This document shows positions 1 to 11,920 of a DNA stretch of 64,000 nt, piece after piece. Location of the stretch: contig NC_058368.1 of NCBI RefSeq assembly GCF_018350175.1, forward strand, positions 219,792,001 through 219,856,000, read 5' to 3'. Below the pieces are notes generated by a model, which saw only the letters and a list, made by a program, of their open reading frames with translations, was not told the origin of the DNA and searched no databases. The DNA is from Felis catus (lineage: Eukaryota). Each line of letters starts with the position of its first letter. Position 1 is the first letter of the stretch. The position numbers and the translations under genes were made by a program.

Positions 1-538
1 AATTATAAATTGCCCTAGTAATCATTTATTATGGTCTTTTGAAGAAGCAAAGTGTCATAAGCAAATAACTATAATTGGTATTTTGATTTGACTGGATCAA
101 TTTCAAGTCACACAAAACATTTTCTGAAACATATTCTCAGAAGAAAATTGAAGATTTTCTTTTAAAGGAAATGTTCCAGAATAAGAGCACTTGTCCAAGG
201 GATATTAAAACTGACTGTGTTGTTTCAGCTTAAACAAAAAAGGAGCCACAAACTCTGAGTGACCCTGGATGCCAGGCCTTTACTAGATATTAACTCTCTT
301 GACCAACGGACAATGGGAGTTTGTTTTATAAACTGCCTACAGTTCTGTGAACTTTTCCCATTCTTAAATAAATATCTAAGAGTATATACTGAGTCACAAG
401 GTGTGTGTATGTTTAACTTATTTAAAAGTGCTGAATTGTTTTCCAAAGTGCCTATATTTTACATTTCCAGGAAGTCTTTGTGACTAATATTTTGCCAGTA
501 TTTGGTATTGTCATTCTCTTTTTCAGTTTAGCATTCTT

Positions 539-746
539 TTTTTTTCTTAAGCATATTTATTTATTTTGAGAGAGAAAACAGGTGATCGGGGGAGGGGCAG
601 AGAGAGGGAGAGAGAGACTCCCAAGCAGGCAATGTGCTGTCAGCATGGAGCTCCATGAAGGACTTGAACTCAGGAACTGTGAGATCATGACCTGAGCTGA
701 AATTAAGAGTTGAACACTTAACTGACTGAGCTACTGAGGTGTTCCT
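539..746 (-). mobile_element. Can-SINE (SINEC)
   Basis: Poly-T, AG-rich tract, gagatcatgacctgagctgaa, tRNA-like head ending gaggtgttcct; flanks ttagcattct/ttagccattct. Confidence 0.93.
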
Positions 747-810
747 CATTTTAGCCATTCTAATGAATATGTACTGGTTTTTCATTGTGGCTTTAAAATG
801 CATGTTCTTC

Positions 811-1025
811 GGGAGCCTGAGTGGCTCAGTCAGTTAAGGCTCTGACTTCAACTCAGGTCATGATCTCACAGTTTGTGGGTTTGAGCCCCACGTCGGGCTT
901 TGTGCTGAAAGTTCAGAGCCTACAGCCTGCCTCAGATTCTGTGTCTCCCTCTTTCTCTGCCCCTCCCTGGCTCTCTCTCTCTTTCTCTCTCTCTTTCAAA
1001 AATAAATAAGCATTAAAATTTTATT
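811..1025 (+). mobile_element. Can-SINE (SINEC_Fc2-like)
   Basis: gggagcctgagtggctcagtcagttaag head, CT tract, aaaataaataa tail; TSD aaatg(c/a)atgttctt. Confidence 0.95.
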
Positions 1026-1427
1026 AAATGAATGTTCTTAATGACAAATGATACTGAATATATTTTCTATAACTACTGGCTTTTCATCTATTTTCTTTCT
1101 GAATTGTTTGTTGATATATTTTGCCCTTTTTTATTTAGGTGAGTTGTCTTGTTGAGTTGCAGATATTTTTTTGAGATGAAGTTTTTGTAAAATGTACATA
1201 TTGTAGTTATGTTCTCCCAGTATTTACCTGCCTTTCATTTTATCAACAGTGGTATTTTAAAAACATAATTTTTTATTAACTATGTTGAAGTCAATTTAGA
1301 CAATTTTGTTAATAGTTTTCCTAAAAATTGCCATAAGAATTCTTTCCCTACCCTAAGACAATGAAGATTTCCTCCCACGTTTTCTTCATGAAATGTTATG
1401 ACTTTAGCATTTACAGTGAGACTACGG

Positions 1428-1910
1428 TCTGTCTTAGCATCTGATGCCAAAAGTTGAAATCCACAGATGAGATAGCCGGAAAGATAGATATTTATTACAG
1501 CAAAGTAAGAAAAAGTTGGCCCCACAAGCATGAGCTGAAGTTCAGGAGTGTAGACTAAAATCATGTCATCGTGTATTGCCTCTGACCTACTATGGCATGC
1601 ACATCCTGCAGATTGCAGAACACATCATTATGGAGATAAACACACACATCTGAGCCAAGATTTGGCCAAATTGGAGGAAGATCGTAAGGACAGCAGGCAA
1701 TTGCATGCCTACCCACTGCTTCAAGCCAGTCAGGTGAGTTAGGTGAGTAACACTTGTGTGTGATACAAAAGTTGTTGCTGTTTAACTTCCAGGATCCAGA
1801 TCTCACAAAGGAATGTTGTATTGTAGTCCACTCTAACCAGAAACATTCTTAGAAGAGAATTCTGGGAAACCTAGTCCAGCCTAGCAAGTGGACACATTGC
1901 AAAGCACTGT
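1428..1910 (-). mobile_element. ERVL-class LTR (subfamily uncertain)
   Basis: Ends in gaattctgggaaacctagtccagcctagcaagtggacacattgcaaagc, directly followed by the reverse complement of a polypurine tract (ctaccccttgccatcttggca) and ERVL internal sequence. Confidence 0.55.
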
Positions 1911-3760
1911 GTTCTACCCCTTGCCATCTTGGCATTGACGCCCATATGCATTTCCTCAAACTAGAAGACTAGACTTAATATCTAATAAAGACAATAACTG
2001 TGCCATGCTTTCTCCTAGCGTAATACACAAATCCCATGTATATCTGAAAATTAGACACTATCTGTTCTTCCCAAAAGAGGATACAAACCCCTTTCAATCT
2101 TTGGGTGATGTTCATTGTTACTAGGTAATTCACTTTGACTTCCTGGTACATAAATATCATTTTAGAAAGTTAACTAGTAAGCAAACATATTATGCTATGA
2201 TAAAATGATGCAGAACAACACACACATTCAAATCAAAATAAAGAAGTTATAACTGTTATAACTGTTATTGCCCTAGTTTCTGGAACTGGTTACATAGTTC
2301 ACATTTATGAATAACATCTATTCACTTCATAGTTCTCATATACCTAGTGAGTGCCTCAGTTGGTTGTTACATTGTCTAGCAGGGTTACTGAAACATTCAT
2401 TCCTCAAAATTCTGGGCCATTATTATTAGTCTCGCCTTGGTTGTTGGGTTGTTGTACTTTTTCAATGACTTTAATCACAAGCTATGAGAGTACTAAGAGA
2501 TGCTATAGGGGATGTTCTTACAATTAAGAGCATAACTCCATTTTTGATGGAGTTTCACCATTAATAGCTTGTAGATCTCTGCATGCTCCACATCTGGGCA
2601 ACCAAGGAATTTAAAAGCCCAGCACACGTCCTTTGATTTTTGAGTATGTAAGGGAATTTCAGCTAGTTGCAGCCTCTTGATTGTTTGTGGGAACTCTCCC
2701 CTTTTGAGCACCCTTTGTTCTCCTTTTTTCTCTGACCCCTGTATGAGTCCTTCAGCTGGTGTTAATCTTCAGTTTGTTGTGAGTACTAAATACACTTTAT
2801 TTACGTTCATGGGTGAGTGTGTTGTGTCATCTGCCCTGACACAGAAATAAATTCTGGGAAGGTAACCATGTTTGTCTCTGTGTATATAGATGAAACACTC
2901 CTTCTCCTCATGTCCATTGTGGAGTAGCAACCCAATTCCCCCTTGGTACTCAGGATCAATCATGCAGAATCAAAATAACCTTTTTCTTTTCTTTTCTTTT
3001 CTTTTTAATCATTGATTCAATCACATGAAAATTCCAATGTGACCAGGAAGTAGTTTTAATTTCTAGTCTATTGACATCATTACTGTGTTCCCTGGTGGAA
3101 ATATTTCTCCTTTTGGAACTAAGACCTCTAGTCCAGCAGAGTCTAAAGTCATGGGGATAGGAAGCAAGTACTTCGCTACTGAATCTCCAGGATATGAAGG
3201 AGAGAAGCCATTTTCATTTCCATCCCTTAATTCCCAGACCCATGAATTCAGGCTATGAGAAAAGTAACGCCATACTTTGGATGCTAATTTAGAGCATATA
3301 TCTAATCTTGGCAGATACTGCTCTAGCCCAGCAAGGTGTTGCCACCTGGCTGGCACTGTAACTGAATCTTCAAAAGACATTCCACCATTCCATTAAGCTA
3401 ACTGCTTCAAGATGATGGGGAGCATGGCAATCCTGGTGAATTCCAAGAGTGAGGGCCCATTGCCACACTTCATTTACTGTCAAATGAGTTCTTCGGTTAA
3501 AAGTGTTGCTGTATGTGATGCTATAATAGTGGAAAGGTATCTGTAGTTTTGTCAGAAACATTGCAGCAAGAAAGACAAAACAAAATATTCAGAGTGTGTA
3601 TTCCAATAAGAAAAGAGTGCTGTTTGTTCTACAATATTAAAATGCAATGTTAACCAATTTGATTCAGGAACCTGGTCTATGGCCTGGGGAATTATGCCAC
3701 AGAGCTAAATTCTGGTCTTCACTGTGTCAGATTAGAGACTCAACAGTGACTGTAATCAGA
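1911..3760 (-). mobile_element. Degenerate ERVL/MaLR internal region (integrase and dUTPase-like remnants)
   Basis: Minus ORF 3370-3561 PHHLEAVSLMEWWN resembles ERVL integrase PHHPEAAGLIERWN; ORF 2769-2963 IDPEYQGGIGLLLHNG resembles ERVL dUTPase IDPDYQGEIGLLLHNG; ORF 3063-3380 LDSAGLEVLVPKG. Confidence 0.8.
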
Positions 3761-4265
3761 TCATTTATAGTGAATATTTGTGTTGAGATAACAAGATATA
3801 TTCACCATTGCTTTATTTTTACTTCATTTGAGATTGATTGATTCATTGATTCATAAATTCATTCACTCATTCATGTATTCATTCATTTACAATTTATTGT
3901 ACCACTTGTTGTAGATATTTCTCAGTGTTTTAAGTATTGAAGTTAAATTTCCTATTTTTCTTTTATTTTGGTAATTTCAGGAGAAGAGAGTGTTTCAATA
4001 TTTAAAATTTTAAAACCAAAGGTTTATCTGGAAGTTGCCTTTGAAATTTAAACTTACCTCAGAATAAGGAGTTCTGGTGATGTTTTTCCAATCCACTCAT
4101 TAAATAGTTCAACTCAACCTATCACCAATATGACAAATGTTGATGACTATTGCCTGGTTCAATTAATTTTCAAGGGTTTCAAGGGTTGTAAAATATTACC
4201 TTTCTAATCAATTTCCCTGAGTTTACTATTCATGATGCTTCTTTTAAATATAAAGCAACTGGTCA

Positions 4266-4482
4266 GGGCACCTGGGTGGCTCAATCAGTTAAGCATCCTA
4301 CTTTGGCTCAGGTTGTGGTCTCCTAGAGGTGAGTTCGGGCCCCACATCAGGCTTTGTGCTGACAGTTCAGATCCTGGAGCCTGCTTCAGATTCTGTCTCC
4401 CCCTCTCTTTGCCCCTCCCCCACTCACCCTCTGTCTCTCTCTCTCTCAAAAGTAAATAAAAACATTAAAAAATAAAAAAAAA
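4266..4482 (+). mobile_element. Can-SINE
   Basis: gggcacctgggtggctcaatcagttaag head, CT tract, A-rich tail; flanking ataaagcaac repeat. Confidence 0.95.
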
Positions 4483-7009
4483 TAAAGCAACCAGCTCTCA
4501 TTAAATGTTTTGTCCTTAGATTCACTCAGTAGAGGCAAGACATGACACATACCTAATTCTTTCTCTTTAAATATACCTACCATTTGCATAAATTGTTCCC
4601 AGTAGTCATCAAGTATCTTTCATATCATTATGAGGTTATGAATTATTATTTTTAATGCTTTTCAACCCACTGAAATTATTTATTATTATTATTTACATCA
4701 CTAATATTCTGCTATTATTGTCTAGTTGGGATCCTCTGACAAAACCAAAATCAATGAAAACAGGATTTCTAAAAAAAAAATCCAAAGGTTTTTTTGTCAT
4801 TATATCAAGAAAACATACTGCATTCATAAAAATTCAATATAAGATAGAATTTTTTCCTGAAAAAATTTTAAGCCTACATTTTTGATAATTTATCGAATAC
4901 AAATAAAAAGATATTTCAGATAATTGCTGACAATCATATATTGTTGATTTCAATGTTTAGTAATTAGGCTATACACTGTTATTATTTTCCCATGTTATTT
5001 CAATTCTTATATATTCAGAGTTCCAATCATATATGTCAAATGTCCCAAGTTCCAATGAATGCTATTATTTTTGTGAGCTTGAACATTTGACATTTTCCCT
5101 GGTGATCCAAAATTAGGGTAACTTTCCTCTTGCCTAAGTATCTGGCCAAGAAGATATTTCTTTGGTAAGCAACAAACTAAGCATGGAGAATAAAAATGCT
5201 TTGATTACAGTCTATATCTTCATAAACCAGTGTGCATACTTTAATAATTCACTGCTGTTTTCACATGCTACTTCTATATCTAAACCAAGGATTTCTTACA
5301 GGCTGCTCAAAAGAGCTTTGGAAGCAAATGCAAGTAAATGATTCAGTACATTTTAGAGTGAGGTACAAATGTAATTATTTATTGGCAAAAATAATAAACT
5401 TAGTATTTATAGCTCCCTGTCTATAATAATATGTCCCTGTGCACATAATAATCCATTTTATTAACTCAGCTCACTTTGCATAAGCAATCCTAGAACAGTT
5501 CTTCAGAGAAAAATCTTAACAGAAAATCTTCAAGTTTTGAGAAAACACTATTTTCCCTTAAGTATGTTTAGCCCAAGGTCGTTCATAGATAAGTCATTAT
5601 AAACAAGTTCTTTTACTGTAGCTTATAAAAATATAATGTTTTTTTTCTTTTTTAGAAAATAGATAGCATATACCCTCAGGTAGGTCACCAATTAAGTGCT
5701 TGACCTTAGAAAAAGAAAGAAAATATTCAGAAATGTCTTCCCAATTTTCATACAATAATTTATAGACAGACCTCAGCAAAAGCATTCTTCAGTCAGGTAA
5801 AGTTGACCCAGCTCTAGAACTGCTATTTATTAAGGTCACGATCCTGGTCAAATCACAGGTCTGAACCATTTTTCTCACCTTAAGATAAAAATAATATAGA
5901 GCCTTTTTCAATTCTTACTGTGAGAATTAAGCTTTTTTTTTTTTTTTGGTGTGTGTGCACACATGCATGAATTTATATGTATTACTATCATATCTGGTGA
6001 ACACATTATTAATAAACATTATAATAATGTATACTATAATTATTATCATTATGAGTAGTAATAGACTCTCACTGTCTTGTATTTATCCTTAAAGTGAATA
6101 TGTAAGAAAAAAACCTGGAGTCTAAATTCCATTACTTTAAAATCTCTTTTATAAGATACTTTATTTCAGTCACAGTATTTCTCTCTGGGTTATGAGCCAC
6201 TCCCCTTAGAAATGTTAGAGTTTTAAGAGGTAGCTTAATTCTCTCAGGCCATAAAGATAACATTTCTGCACTTACGCACCTATTTTCTGCAGTTATTTTC
6301 AATGATGCCCTGTTAACTCAAATATTTTAAAGCAAGTTTCATTCATATTTATATATTTTCAAAAAATGCCATAGACTGGAAGAATGTGAGTTATATTATT
6401 TCTTTCACTCAATATTGGTATTTTTGGAAGCTAAAGCAAACCTTTAACAAAGCCAATTAAGTGATGATTAGAAAAGAACATACACTGCTTAGAGACTTCT
6501 AAAGTACTTAAGCATAATGAGGAAATTTGGTGATGGTAGAGAAATTCACTCATCTATCAATTTATTCCACTAGCCACTCTAATCATTTGGATGTACTCAT
6601 TTAAAGTATAATGAAAAGAATATATAATGTAAAATCCAGTTGCAATGTGATTTCACTCTACACCAAACAGACGTGTCATAATCAATCTGCTATTCTGTTG
6701 CTAGACAAAGTAGGATTTCAGATTGTTCCTGATTGGTATCGTAACTATTCTTTTGAGTTATTATGCTACTAATATATGCAGAAATAAAAAGAGGTTTATT
6801 AACCACATCAGTGTGGTTGTTTAATAAATATTGCAGTATATTTTTGTAATTAAATTGGTCCAAGGCTCAAGTATACTGATATTTTAAACCTGCACGTTAT
6901 AGAAAATAAAATATCAAATGTGTAATGAGCTGCCAGTTTGATAACATGAAGTAATATACTAGTGTTTGTCCCATACAAGTGATTCCTATGAAACCTTCAC
7001 CACTTTAAC

Positions 7010-7570
7010 CTGCTCTAAGCCAAGAGTCTAATAGGTCACCTTGCTTCCACCCTTGTCATCCTATACCCATCTCTAAGCACCTAGTTATCCTTTCCATACT
7101 TAAAAGAAATCATGTCATTCAATTCTCAAAAAACATCCAGGGGCTTTCGATTCTATGTCAAAATCAGAGCCAAGTCCTTGAAATAATTTTCAAGGTCCTC
7201 CATGGTCAGGATCTTCTCCTGCCACCTCTTCCATTCCATTCCTATTGTTCTGGAACATTCCCTCCAGTCATACTAATCTCCTTGCTGTTCCTGATCCCAG
7301 ATATGTGACAGACTTACATCCTTGAAGTTCCTGCATATATGTCACTGTATCTGAAAGGTCTTCCCTAATCATTTTACATAAGATGACAATCCACACTATA
7401 CAGTGTGTTTCCTACCTCCTTTATTTCTAACCACAGGACGTCATCTGATATTTACCACAGCACCTACCTCATTCACTTTACCTATCTCCACCTATGGAGA
7501 GGGTGTCAAGGGTTATTCATGAACAGAAGTTTAGATAGGCAGTCAATGACTATTTGATGAATGGATGAAA
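7010..7570 (+). mobile_element. L2 3' fragment
   Basis: Pyrimidine-rich L2-like text ending gtcaatgactatttgatgaatggatgaa. Confidence 0.5.
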
Positions 7571-7921
7571 GAGACTTAGGTCTTATTTTTAAATTTATTT
7601 AAATCTTCAACTTTCTATGTATATTTAGGTGCCATACAAAATTACCCACTGACTACTTTTAATTTCTTGCTTAAAAATGTCTAAGGTGCTAAACATAATG
7701 CGTAAAAGGTAAAAAAAAATGCTTAGTTATTGTGGCTATTGAAGTGAATTGTAAATTCAATGGAAATTTTAAATTAATCTTTCATGGTATGGTTTATTTT
7801 TAAATTCAGGTCAAAAATCAACTAATGCTTCTATAATGTTTCTAACCAAAGCATGCAGGTGACATTTTATATTATATAACTATAAATTATGTCCATAAGG
7901 CATATAAGAAGAGATAGACTA

Positions 7922-8134
7922 GGGGCACCTGGATGGCTCAGTCGATTGAGCATCTGACTTTGGCTCAGGTCACCATCTTTTGGTTTTTGAGTTCGAGCCC
8001 TGCATCGGGATATGTGCCGACAGCTCAGAGCCTGGAGCCTGCTTCTGATTCTGTGTCTCCTAGTCTTTCTCCACTCCTCCCCTGCTCTCATTCTGTCTCT
8101 CTCTTTCTTTCTCAAAAATAAATGAATATAAAAA
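7922..8134 (+). mobile_element. Can-SINE
   Basis: ggggcacctggatggctcagtc head; TSD aagaagagataga at 7906-7918 and 8135-8147. Confidence 0.95.
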
Positions 8135-8788
8135 AAGAAGAGATAGAGTATACAATTTATTTATATCAAACACTGATAAAATACTGTTATTAAATTTTCT
8201 AAAAATAAGAACATTTCAGCCATTGAACTTTCATGAAAATATAACCTTATGGTGTTGCATGGGAAATACAACACTTTTCTTATACTGTGTTACTGTCAAA
8301 ATAGACCAGGCTAAATATGGCATAATATTGTCATTGAGGGTACTACCTAGAAGACAACTTTGCACATTGACTAATTGTTCTATTCATTTGACAAATATTT
8401 ATTTTGAACACTTTTCTAGCATTGGAGATATAACTGGAAGAAAACAATTTTTCAGATCTTACCACGATTATATTTTAGGAGGGCTAAAATGTTTTTTTTA
8501 AGAGGGTGTGTTTCATATTTAGTTTGAGAAGGTGAAGAGTGATAATGGTTTGAACCACAAGTCTTGTTCTGAGTGAAATGGTACACTCTTAGAGGTTCTT
8601 GAGCCAAAAGATAAAAATCAATGGAAAGAATCATAAGAGATGCTGATGTAGTATATAATCTGTGGGAACTTGTAGACCATTTAAAAAGGCATAGAAATAA
8701 TTTAAGAAAGTAATTATAGTGTCCTGAACTAGAGAAGTATTGGTGGAGATGCCAAGAAGCTAAACTTTTGTGAATATGTTTTGCATTT

Positions 8789-9012
8789 TTTTTGTTTTGT
8801 TTTTAATTTTTTTTTAATGTTTACTCTTGACAGACAAAGACAGAGCATGAGCAAAGGAGGGGCAGAGTGAAAGAGAGACACAGAATCCAAAGCAGGCTCC
8901 AGGCTCTGAGCTATCAGCACAGAGCCTGATGCAGGGTTTGAACCCACAAGCCTTGAGATCATGACCTGAGCCAAAGTCATACACTTGACCAATTGAGCCA
9001 TGCAGGCTCCCC
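8789..9012 (-). mobile_element. Can-SINE
   Basis: Antisense SINE body; TSD atgttttgcattt at 8776-8788 and 9013-9025. Confidence 0.95.
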
Positions 9013-9164
9013 ATGTTTTGCATTTGTTAAAGACGGATGTAGAACATGACAGAAAGACAAGTGTTAAGCACAACACCACCTTTTTTTTAAGCCTATGGAA
9101 TGGAAGTCAGAGTTCTAAAACACTGAAATTGGGCAGAATTAATAATAAGCAGATTGAGGAGTAA

Positions 9165-9788
9165 TGTCATGCTTTCTTTGATGAATCAATTGAGCTAGGT
9201 TACAGTCACCAGTTATTCAACTAAATGATAAGCTAGATGTTGCCATGAAATTATTTTGGAGACATGAGTAAAGTCTATTATCAATTGACTTTAAGGAAGT
9301 GATAATATCCTAGATAGTCTGAGTGAGCTTGATCCAGTTAGTTGAAATCCCTTAAAGCATAGCTAGCTAAATCTTCCCTGAAAAAGAAATTTTACCTCTG
9401 GACAGTAGCTGTAGTTCATGCTCTGGAATCCCAGCCTGCACCTAAAACTTTCCATATCATTTGAAAATTGTCCAAGTCAGCCCTCTACATTGTACAAGCC
9501 AATTTCTTGCTATATGTCTCTCTTTTTTTTTTTAAGTTTATTTTGAGAGAGAGTGAGAGACAGCACAAGTGGGGTGGGGAAGAGAGAGAGGGAGGCGAAG
9601 AATCCCAAGCAGGCTGCATACCATCAGCATGGAGCCCGATGTGGCTCTCAAACTCACAAAACTGTGAGATCATGACTTGAGCCAAAACTGAGAGTCAGAT
9701 GCCTACAGACTGAGCCAGGTGCCCTGTGATGTGTCTCTTAACATATATCTTCTGATTTGCTTCTCTAGTTGAACCCTGACTGACAAAA
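9165..9788 (+). mobile_element. MLT2-type ERVL LTR interrupted by a SINE
   Basis: gctaggttacagtcaccagttattcaac...ctagatgttgccatgaaattattttg near start; ttctctagttgaaccctgactgaca end. Confidence 0.7.
9523..9725 (-). mobile_element. Can-SINE inside MLT2 LTR
   Basis: Poly-T, AG tract, gagatcatgacttgagcc, ends gagccaggtgccc. Confidence 0.92.
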
Positions 9789-9949
9789 CTAGGGAGTAGT
9801 TTTTCCTTTTGTTTTGTTTTTTTCTATTCCCCTCTTGAGATACCCATGAATCTCACAAATGCAGGTGTCAGCCAAATATTTGAAAACGACACTAAATGTC
9901 ATTGGAAATGTGTGGGCTGGAGAATTACATGTTGGAGTTATTAGACTAC

Positions 9950-10336
9950 AGATTATTGATAAGCCAAAAAATGATCTCTTGGAAGCTATCCACTGGAGAC
10001 CGTGAAATCTGGGAACCTGTGAATAATAGCTTATTTGGAAGAAAAGCCTTTACAGATGGAATTAAATTAAGGATCTTAAGATAAAGAGATTTCTTTTGGC
10101 CAAAAATCCGTGGCAGGTGTCCTTGTAAGAGATATGCAGAAAACTGACATACAAAGAATGAGTCAGAGGTGGCAATCATACAGCCACAAGGGAAGTCATG
10201 GTGACAACTGCCAGGAGCTGGAGACGATGGAGTGCAGTATGCCGGCACCTTGGTTCCAGACCGTTGGCCATCAGAACTGTGAGTCAATATTTTTTTAAAC
10301 CACACATTTTGTGATAATTAGTTAAAAAATACTACA
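9950..10336 (+). mobile_element. MLT1-type MaLR LTR
   Basis: gggaacctgtgaat...ttatttggaagaaaagcctttacagatggaattaaattaaggatcttaagat; ccatcagaactgtgag...tttaaaccac. Confidence 0.7.
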
Positions 10337-11520
10337 ATCGTATCTAAAGCTGTAAGACTGAAGAAGACAAATAAGGAGCTAAGTATAGATAGAAATAAGA
10401 ATAAGAGCTGACTCCTAGGGTACTCCAAATTCAAAAACTCGGGAAAAGGAGACTCTAACAAAGGTATTTGGGAGAGAACACCAAAAAGGTATTAGGAGAA
10501 CTGGAAGACAGAGTTAGTTCAGCATCTAGGAAAAATAAGTGTTGTAAGGAAAATGTGGACAAACTCAGAGAGGTCAAGACAGATGAATATTGAGAACATA
10601 CATTTATATTTGCTGAGTTATTGTCATTGATAATTTTTATAATGAAAGCTTCAGTCTTGTGTGGTAGTTAATGGCTGATTTCAGTGCTCAATGGAAAATG
10701 GCTGGAGTGAAAGTAAAGTCATAACCTCTCGATTGTGACAGAAGAGTTGTGACATAAGGAAATGGTAGCTAGACAAAATACTCAGGTCTAGGATGTGTAT
10801 GTGTATCTAGGTTTGTGTGTGTGTGTTTCATGGACAACAATACATTATATTGGTTCATGGGCAAACTGCCACCCTTACAAAAAAAGTTATAAAATGGTAA
10901 GAAGTAACAAAAGCAAAAACAATAAAAACCTGTCCTGAGTGTGTTATTAGAATTGATTTATTGAGCTCCTGGGGAAAGAAGCCCCTACTTGAATGAGATT
11001 ACTGGCAAGTGGACATTCTGGAACTTGGTCTGACTCATAATGTAGTCACTCAGTTCCTCTTTCTGAGAATACTAAGTGAATTTGTTACTTTAATTTTGTA
11101 ATCAGACAAGTTAAAAGTTATTGGTCTTTATTTTCTACCTCACATGCCCAATTTGTCCAGTTCCAGAAAAGCTATGACATATTCAGAGTAGGTATGGATT
11201 ATTGACAAATAAATGAGATTGTGACAACAGTTACTAGTATTTTTTGCTTTGTTACCACAATGGGTGTTGTTGTTGTTCAACTGGCAGGGCATATATTTCT
11301 CTATACATTCATTTTATTTGTCAATTTGACTTCAGCATGTTTCATAAAGAGATTTGACTCCATTCTTTGCACAATGGTTAATGGTTACTACAAAAAAAGG
11401 GTAGTGAGGTACATTTTAGGACACCAAGGAAGAGACTGATAACAAAACTTTTCTGGTGTCTTTTCTGTTTTCTTCTGGTGTCTGGTTTCTATTTAAAATA
11501 ATCTTAAACACCCTTTTACG

Positions 11521-11736
11521 TTTTTTTTTATGAAAAAAATTTTAATGCGTATTTATTTTAGAGAGAGACAGAGCACAAGCAGGGGAGGGGCAGAGAGGGA
11601 GACACAGAATCTGAAGCAGGCCCCAGGCTCTGAGCCATCAGTACAGAGCCCGATGCAGGGCTCAATCCCACGAACCATGAGATCATGACCTGAGCTGAAG
11701 TCAGATTCTTAACCAACTGAGCCACCCAGGCACCCC
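11521..11736 (-). mobile_element. Can-SINE
   Basis: Antisense SINE ending gccacccaggcacccc; TSD aacacc(c/t)tttta. Confidence 0.95.
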
Positions 11737-11803
11737 AACACCTTTTTATGTTTTGAATTTGTTTCTGTGGTCTTTTAAGGTGACTTTAGATTTTTCATTG
11801 TTT

Positions 11804-11920
11804 GCCTCTCTTCCTCCCTCCCTCCTCCAAGTCTTTCCTCCCTCCCTCCCTCTCTTCCTTCTCTTCCTTCCTCCTTTCCTCCCTCTCCCCCTTTCTTTTC
11901 TCATTTCTCCCTCTCTTCTA
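11804..11920. repeat. Polypyrimidine (CT-rich) low-complexity tract
   Basis: cctctcttcctccctccctcctcc... almost purine-free. Confidence 0.85.

Larger units (their letters stand above)
330..1425 (-). mobile_element. Old L1 (L1M-type) 3' ORF2/UTR fragment interrupted by two SINEs
   Basis: T-rich strand with L1-antisense phrases (ttttagccattctaatgaatatgtactggtttttcattgtggcttta; tctttccctaccctaagacaatgaagattt); boundaries approximate. Confidence 0.6.
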
